A stretch of 64,000 nucleotides of DNA from an uncultured Actinomycetes bacterium (lineage in GTDB: Bacteria > Actinomycetota > UBA4738 > JBBDTT01): assembly GCA_963742735.1 (NCBI GenBank), contig CAVUMN010000003.1:864001-928000 (forward strand), given 5' to 3'. The position numbers and the translations under genes are program-made. The notes beneath the pieces were generated by a model that was not told the DNA's origin, did not search any database, and was given only the letters and a program-made list of their open reading frames with translations. Positions 58,724 to 64,000 of the stretch are shown here, piece after piece. How positions within the stretch are numbered: the first letter of the stretch is position 1; every line of letters starts with the position of its first letter.

Positions 58724-58927
58724 TCAAGAAGCCCCGTCGAGCGGGAGGGCGATGGCGCCCGCACCGCGCGAGGGGATGGGACGTCGAGGCTCACGCACTC
58801 CGGCCGACCCATCCGGGCCCGAGGAGCCGGGAGGCACCGCAAGCCAGACCCGACGCCTGCCGAAGGGGCGAAGCAGCGTCCTGAAGAGCCACTTCGGCCT
58901 CCGCCAGTGCAGGACGTAGCGAACCAC
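58724..58927 (-). CDS. Possible small protein between arc and dop
   Basis: Fills the gap exactly (starts 3 nt after the arc stop, ends before the dop -10). C-terminal GVREPRRP..GAGAIALP resembles a motif I recall from actinobacterial hypothetical proteins. Confidence 0.45.
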   Translation of the reverse strand: MVRYVLHWRRPKWLFRTLLRPFGRRRVWLAVPPGSSGPDGSAGVREPRRPIPSRGAGAIALPLDGAS

Positions 58928-58930
58928 GAG

Positions 58931-60691
58931 CTACAGGTACTGGCCGGCGCTGACCCGTTCGACCTGGCGGCCCTCGCCGCGGCGGTCGCCGAGCAGCGTG
59001 CGGACGTACACGATCCGCTCGCCCTTCTTGCCGGAGATCCGCGCCCAGTCGTCGGGGTTCGTCGTGTTGGGGAGGTCCTCGTTCTCCTTGAACTCGTCGC
59101 GGATCGCCTGGATCAGGTCGGCGAGCTTCAGGCCCTTCTCCCCGGACTTCAGGAAGCGCTTGATGGCCTCCTTCTTGGCGCGGGCCACGATGTTCTCGAT
59201 CATCGCGCCGGAGTTGAAGTCCTTGAAGAACAGGATCTCCTTGTCCCCCGAGGCGTAGGTGACCTCCAGGAACTTGTTCTCCTCGGTGTCGGCGTACATC
59301 GTGCGGGTCGTGTCGCGGATCATGCGCTCGACCGTCTTCGGGACGTCGCCGCCGGACACCGCGAGCTCGTCCGGGTGGATGGGCAGCGCGTCGGTCAGGT
59401 ACTTCGACATGATGTCGCGGGCGGCGTCCTCGTCGGGGCGCTCGATCTTGATCTTCACGTCGAGCCGGCCCGGCCGCAGGATCGCCGGGTCGATCAGGTC
59501 CTCGCGGTTCGACGCGCCGATCACGATGACGTTCTTCAGGGTCTCGACGCCGTCGATCTCCGAGAGCATCTGCGGCACGATCGTGTTCTCCACGTCACTG
59601 GAGATCCCCGAGCCGCGCATCCGGAAGATCGAGTCCATCTCGTCGAAGAACACGATGACCGGGAAGCCCTCCTCGGATTTCTCCTTCGCGCGCTGGAAGA
59701 TCAGACGGATCTGGCGCTCGGTCTCACCGACGTACTTGTTCAGGAGCTCGGGCCCCTTGACGTTCAGGAAGTAGGAGTGCGCGTCCGCGCGGCCGGTCTT
59801 CTTGGCCACCTGCTCGGCCAGGGAGTGGGCGACCGCCTTCGCGATGAGGGTCTTGCCGCATCCCGGAGGCCCGTACAGCAGCACGCCCTTGGGCGGCTTC
59901 AGCTGGTGCTCCAGGAACAGCTCCGCGTACAGGAACGGGAGCTCGATGGCGTCCTTGATGTCCTCGATCTGCCCGGCCAGTCCGCCGATGTCCTCGTAGG
60001 CGATGTCCGGGACCTCCTCCAGGACGAGCTCCTCGACCTGCTCCTTGGGCAGGCGCTCGAGCATGTAGCCCGAGCGGCGGTCGAACAGGACCGCGTCGCC
60101 GGCGCGCAGGACCGGCTCGAGCTTCAGCTCGGCGGAGATCAGCCCCACCATCTCCTCGTCGCCGCGGCCGACCAGGATCGCGCGCTCTCCCTCGAGCATC
60201 TCCTTGATCGTCACGACCTCGCCCTGCACGTCCTGGTCCAGGATCTCCACGATGTTGAGGGCCTCGTTCAGGACCACCTCGGCGCCCTTGCGGAACCGCT
60301 CGAGCTCGACGGAGGGGTCGACGTTCACGCGCATCTTGCGGCCCGAGGTGAACACGTCGACGGAGCCGTCGTCGTTGGTCCGGAGGTAGACGCCGAAGGA
60401 CGCCGGCGGCCGGGTGAGCTTGTCGACCTCCTCCTTCAGCGCCTCGATCTTCTCGCGCTCGGCCGTAAGGACGCCGACGAGCTTCTCGTTCTGGGAGATC
60501 GCGCGGGAGAGCTCGCCCTTGGCCTCCAGGAGGCGCTCCTCGAGGATCTTGACCTGGCGGGGCGACTGGTGGAGGCGGCGGCGAAGGAGGGCCGTCTCGT
60601 CCTCGAGGAACTTGATCTGGGTGGAGAGCTCGTGGATCTCTTTCTCGTAGCGCTCGAGACGCTCCTGTGGATCCACGTTCTCGTAGGCCAT
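58931..60691 (-). CDS. arc: Proteasome-associated ATPase ARC/Mpa
   Basis: N-terminal coiled coil, [21 protein letters not shown]-terminal GQYL. Confidence 0.96.
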   Translation of the reverse strand: MAYENVDPQERLERYEKEIHELSTQIKFLEDETALLRRRLHQSPRQVKILEERLLEAKGELSRAISQNEKLVGVLTAEREKIEALKEEVDKLTRPPASFGVYLRTNDDGSVDVFTSGRKMRVNVDPSVELERFRKGAEVVLNEALNIVEILDQDVQGEVVTIKEMLEGERAILVGRGDEEMVGLISAELKLEPVLRAGDAVLFDRRSGYMLERLPKEQVEELVLEEVPDIAYEDIGGLAGQIEDIKDAIELPFLYAELFLEHQLKPPKGVLLYGPPGCGKTLIAKAVAHSLAEQVAKKTGRADAHSYFLNVKGPELLNKYVGETERQIRLIFQRAKEKSEEGFPVIVFFDEMDSIFRMRGSGISSDVENTIVPQMLSEIDGVETLKNVIVIGASNREDLIDPAILRPGRLDVKIKIERPDEDAARDIMSKYLTDALPIHPDELAVSGGDVPKTVERMIRDTTRTMYADTEENKFLEVTYASGDKEILFFKDFNSGAMIENIVARAKKEAIKRFLKSGEKGLKLADLIQAIRDEFKENEDLPNTTNPDDWARISGKKGERIVYVRTLLGDRRGEGRQVERVSAGQYL

Positions 60692-60785
60692 CCGCCGACG
60701 CCCTCCTCTCGGCGAGCCAGTATATCCCCGGCGCCCGGAGCCTCCGGGAAGCCGACTCGCCTCTTACCGGATATACGCCGGGGAC

Positions 60786-61607
60786 TCAGTCCCCGGTTGG
60801 CTCATCGTCCACATTCGGCACGTTCATCCCCAAACCTGAGCGGGCGATCGTGATGAATCCGGTATGGCCGACCATCCGGTGATCCGGGCGGACACTGCGC
60901 GGGGCCACGTGCCAGGTCCGGTGCATCACCTCGAACGTCTCCACGTGTCCGTAGCGGTGCTGGTTGAGCGCGCCGACGAGCTCCTGGACCTGGTTGGTGG
61001 TCGGCAGGTACGCGCACAGGATCCCGCCCGGGGGCAGCGTCTCGCCGGCCGTGGCCAGGACTCCCGCCGGCTCGGGAAGGTCGAGCAGCACGCGGTCGAA
61101 CGTCTCACCCGTCGCCGCCGCCTCGCGGACGTCTCCCCGGCGCAGCTCGACCCATGGCGGGACCTTGCCGAAGAACGTCTCCAGGTTCTCCCGCGCCGTC
61201 TGGTGGAAGTCGTCGCGGAGCTCGTAGGACACCACGGCCCCGTCGGGCCCGGTGGCGCGGGCCAGGGCCATGGTCAACGCGCCCGACCCCGTCCCGGCCT
61301 CCAGGATCCGGGTGCCGGGAGCGACGTCCGCCCACATCAGCATCGCCCCGAGGTCCTTCGGGTAGATGACCTGCGCCCCGCGGGGCATCTTCAGGACGAA
61401 GTCGGCCAGGCGCGGCCGCAGGACGACCAGGCCGGCGCCGGTCGTCGAGTGCACCAGGCTCCCCTCGTCGGAGCCGATCACCAGGTCGTGGGGCACGACG
61501 CCGGCGTGGTAGTGGAACGACCCCCCCGCCACCAGCCGGATCAGGTACCGGCGGCCGCGCGAGTCGAGCAGGATCACCCGCTCCCCGGGCTCCAGGGGAC
61601 CACTCAC
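60786..61607 (-). CDS. trmI: tRNA (adenine-58-N1)-methyltransferase
   Basis: MPRGAQVIYPKD, EAGTGSGAL, LDLPEP, RPDHRMVGHTGF. Confidence 0.93.
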   Translation of the reverse strand: MSGPLEPGERVILLDSRGRRYLIRLVAGGSFHYHAGVVPHDLVIGSDEGSLVHSTTGAGLVVLRPRLADFVLKMPRGAQVIYPKDLGAMLMWADVAPGTRILEAGTGSGALTMALARATGPDGAVVSYELRDDFHQTARENLETFFGKVPPWVELRRGDVREAAATGETFDRVLLDLPEPAGVLATAGETLPPGGILCAYLPTTNQVQELVGALNQHRYGHVETFEVMHRTWHVAPRSVRPDHRMVGHTGFITIARSGLGMNVPNVDDEPTGD

Positions 61608-62578
61608 GTCTGATAGATCTCCGCGGGGAGGACCTCCTCCGACAGGCCGGCGGACACCTCGGCGTCGGTCGGCGCGGCCAGCCGCTCTCCAAGGATCCGG
61701 GCCCGGGAACGGCAGAACGCGCAGTAGGTGCCCGGCGTCGGCTGGCCACAGCGCTCGCACGGAGAGAGGTCCACGGGTGCGTCGGGCTGGAACTTCGCTG
61801 CGATCTGGTCGAGGAACCCCAGGAAGAACTGGCCCTTCGTTCCCGGTGACGCCGACTCCAGTTGGTTCAGCGCTTCCTTGTACCGAAGCTGGGTGTTGCC
61901 CGCCACGAGCGGGCACTCCTCCACCACGTAGTCGAGGTCGCGCAGGAAGGCGTACGCGGCCGTCTCCAGCTCCGACAGCCGGTGCAGCGGTTTGATCTTC
62001 TTGACCATGCCCTCGCGCGCCGGCAGGGCCGGCGACTGGCGCCCGATGTACTCGGTCTGCCATCGCAGCGTGTTGCCCAGCAGCGCGGCGGCTTCGTCGT
62101 CCAGGTTGTGGCCGGTGGCTACCACGTCGAAGCCGTGGTCCAGCGCCACACGGTTGAAGACGTACCGCTTCGAGAGCCCGCACGTGGCACAGGTCGAGCG
62201 GCCGCCACGCCGCCCGGCCGTGGGGATGTCGTAGCCGTAGGTCTCGCGCAGGTCGACGTGGATGAGCTCGGCCCCCCGGGCCTCGGCGAACGCCCGCGCG
62301 ACCTCGCCGGATCGCTCCGAGTACTCACCGATGCCCAGGCCCAGGTACATCCCGCTCGCGTGGTATCCCAGGTCGAGCAGGACGTCCCACAGCGCCAGGG
62401 AGTCCTTGCCGCCGGACACCGCGACCAGGACCCGGTCGTCGTCGCCGAGCATGTCGTAGGACTCGATCGCCCGGCGGACCTGCTGCCGAACGTGGCGGAC
62501 GAAGTGGTCGCTGCAGAACGCGGAGTGATGGCGGCGGACTTCGATGACCGCCGGATCCCCGCACTGGCGGCACTTCAC
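61604..62578 (-). CDS. ttuA: TtuA/Ncs6-like tRNA 2-thiolation enzyme
   Basis: N- and C-terminal Zn fingers (CRQC..FC..H; CERC..CAFC), PP-loop SGGKDS, CATC, GHNLDD, ECP. Confidence 0.82.
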   Translation of the reverse strand: MKCRQCGDPAVIEVRRHHSAFCSDHFVRHVRQQVRRAIESYDMLGDDDRVLVAVSGGKDSLALWDVLLDLGYHASGMYLGLGIGEYSERSGEVARAFAEARGAELIHVDLRETYGYDIPTAGRRGGRSTCATCGLSKRYVFNRVALDHGFDVVATGHNLDDEAAALLGNTLRWQTEYIGRQSPALPAREGMVKKIKPLHRLSELETAAYAFLRDLDYVVEECPLVAGNTQLRYKEALNQLESASPGTKGQFFLGFLDQIAAKFQPDAPVDLSPCERCGQPTPGTYCAFCRSRARILGERLAAPTDAEVSAGLSEEVLPAEIYQT

Positions 62579-62853
62579 GAGCGGGATCCCTTTGCCGCGG
62601 GGGGTTCGCCCGCTGTCGTGAAGGGACTCCGCAGCACTCGGGCGCGGGCTACCCCCCCGCACCCCCCGGAGATCACGGGCCGGATCTCGACCTCGTCGGC
62701 GTCCTCGACCCGGTCCTCCCGCGTGATCAGGGTCCTATCGCGGATCACCAGGACCGTGTCCGGGTTGACGCCCAGCTCCGCGAGCAGCTGTTTCACCCGC
62801 TTGGGGCCCGTGACCTCGACCTCACGCTCCGGATTGCGAAGACGGACCTTCAT
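62575..62853 (-). CDS. TtuB/ThiS/MoaD-like sulfur carrier with a 28-aa extension after the diglycine
   Basis: Beta-grasp pattern ending EIRPVISGG, followed by CGGVARA...GSRS*. The stop overlaps the ttuA GTG. Confidence 0.8.
   Translation of the reverse strand: MKVRLRNPEREVEVTGPKRVKQLLAELGVNPDTVLVIRDRTLITREDRVEDADEVEIRPVISGGCGGVARARVLRSPFTTAGEPPAAKGSRS
62581..62660 (-). other. Structured RNA or REP-like element at the ttuB/ttuA junction
   Basis: Helix 62597-62613/62644-62660 (8 bp, 3x3 loop, 6 bp) and a crossing helix 62581-62592/62621-62632 that covers the ttuA SD. Confidence 0.55.
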
Positions 62854-63586
62854 CCGGCCTCAACGTTACCCCTGCGGAGCCTCCCAGCGCCGACCGGCCG
62901 GACGCGCGGGCGGCGCCGTCCAGGAACAGGGCCACGAAGCCGAACCACAGGCCGAACACGTCGCCGTTGATCACGCGAACCGCCCCCCACACGAGCAGCC
63001 CCAGCGCCGCGAGCCTGCCCCCGGCCACGGCGATGCGCGTGGACCGCGCGTGGTTGCCGGTGAGCCCCCAGATCCCCGAGCGCAGCAGCCGTCCGCCGTC
63101 CAGGGGGAGCCCCGGCACCAGGTTGAACAGCGCGAGGACGCCGTTGACCCCCGCCAGCGAGATCCCCACGCCCTCGAGGGGGACCCAGCCGAGGCGCGAC
63201 CCAAGCGCGGAGATCAGCGCGAACAGGCCGCCGAGCAGCACCGAGACCATCGGCCCGACCAGGGCGATCGCGAACTCGTCGCGGGCCACCCGGACCTCGT
63301 GGGAGATCTCCGAGACCCCGCCGAACAGGAACAGCGTGATCCCCCGCACCGGGATCCCCAGCCGCCGCGCCAGGACGGCGTGCCCGAGCTCGTGGGCGAC
63401 CAGCGAGACGCAGAACAGCAGCGTGGTGGCGATCGCCATCGTCGCGACCAGCAGGGGACCCTCGTACGGATAGGCCTCGCCGAAGTTGGCGTTCGTCGCC
63501 ACCCCGACCAGCACGATGATGACGAACCAGGACGGGTCCACCCGGACGCGGATGCCGAAGGGGCGTCCGACCCCGATGGGCCTCAT
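62822..63586 (-). CDS. M50 site-2 intramembrane metalloprotease
   Basis: HELGH, LFGG, NLVPGLPLDGGR. Confidence 0.92.
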   Translation of the reverse strand: MRPIGVGRPFGIRVRVDPSWFVIIVLVGVATNANFGEAYPYEGPLLVATMAIATTLLFCVSLVAHELGHAVLARRLGIPVRGITLFLFGGVSEISHEVRVARDEFAIALVGPMVSVLLGGLFALISALGSRLGWVPLEGVGISLAGVNGVLALFNLVPGLPLDGGRLLRSGIWGLTGNHARSTRIAVAGGRLAALGLLVWGAVRVINGDVFGLWFGFVALFLDGAARASGRSALGGSAGVTLRPDEGPSSQSGA

Positions 63587-63595
63587 GGCACGACC

Positions 63596-64000
63596 TTACG
63601 GGAGCGGGCGCACGCCGAGCGTGGCCGAAACCGTTCGCCGGGAGCCGTCGGAGGCGACGAGCTCCACCTCCACCTCCTCGCCCGGCTCGTGGCGGCCGAT
63701 GGCCGTGCCCAGGTCTTCGGAGCTCGTCACCGGGTCCCCGCCCAGGGCGACGATGACCTCGCCCTCCTGGATCCCGGCCTCGGCCGCCCCGGTATCGGGG
63801 CCAACCCCCACCACGTACGCGCCCTCGTCCACGGCCAGGCCCAGCTGGGCCGACAGGGCCGGCGTCACGGTCTGGGTCGAGACGCCCAGGTAGGGGACCG
63901 CGCCGGAGGGGTTCTCGATGGCCTCGTCGATCAGCGGCCGCGCCTGGTCGATGGCGATCGCGAAGCCGATGTTCTCCGCGTCGGACGCGCCGGCGGTGTT
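63596..64000 (-). CDS. HtrA/DegP-like serine protease, C-terminal part with PDZ (truncated by the window edge)
   Basis: NTA..AENIGFAI, PYLGV and PDZ GAAEAGIQEGEVI. Confidence 0.88.
   Translation of the reverse strand, partial: NTAGASDAENIGFAIAIDQARPLIDEAIENPSGAVPYLGVSTQTVTPALSAQLGLAVDEGAYVVGVGPDTGAAEAGIQEGEVIVALGGDPVTSSEDLGTAIGRHEPGEEVEVELVASDGSRRTVSATLGVRPLP

Noticed and set aside
1-64000. CRISPR arrays, tRNA/rRNA genes, IS elements, prophage
   Set aside because: Intergenic gaps are mostly under 130 bp. I recognised no spaced direct repeats, cloverleafs, transposases or integrases.

Overview
High-GC (roughly 70-75% by eye) bacterial chromosome segment, almost certainly Actinomycetota (complete Pup-proteasome locus, PafBC, DUF222-HNH gene, many leaderless genes), probably an uncultured lineage from a long-read assembly. 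Single-base frameshifts break many genes at about 5-19 kb and 52 kb. Left to right: an archaeal-style herA-mre11(sbcD)-rad50(sbcC) operon; a STAND-type adenylate cyclase; lysine fermentation genes (kal, kamE, kamD, amidohydrolase ... kamA, kdd, Lrp) split by a his operon (D-C-B-H-A-F-I-G) and a four-gene block; MFS, two acyl-CoA dehydrogenases, cysS, DUF222-HNH, SDR and LLM oxidoreductases; a GlpD/alkyl-DHAP-synthase-like/DAG-kinase lipid cluster; helY, tatAC, pafBC, pafA, prcAB, pup, dop, arc; trmI-ttuA-ttuB; M50 and HtrA proteases. The best novelty candidate is a 226-aa stand-alone reverse transcriptase (22173-22853, minus). It keeps all catalytic aspartates (WVDD), lacks a thumb, has a structured 5' region hiding its RBS, and overlaps a Kelch lipoprotein gene. 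Also notable: a ubiquitin-like TtuB whose GG is followed by an in-frame RNA switch-like element covering the ttuA RBS, and a close PafBC promoter match on the HNH gene. No rRNA, tRNA or CRISPR array was seen. All calls come from motif reading without database searches.
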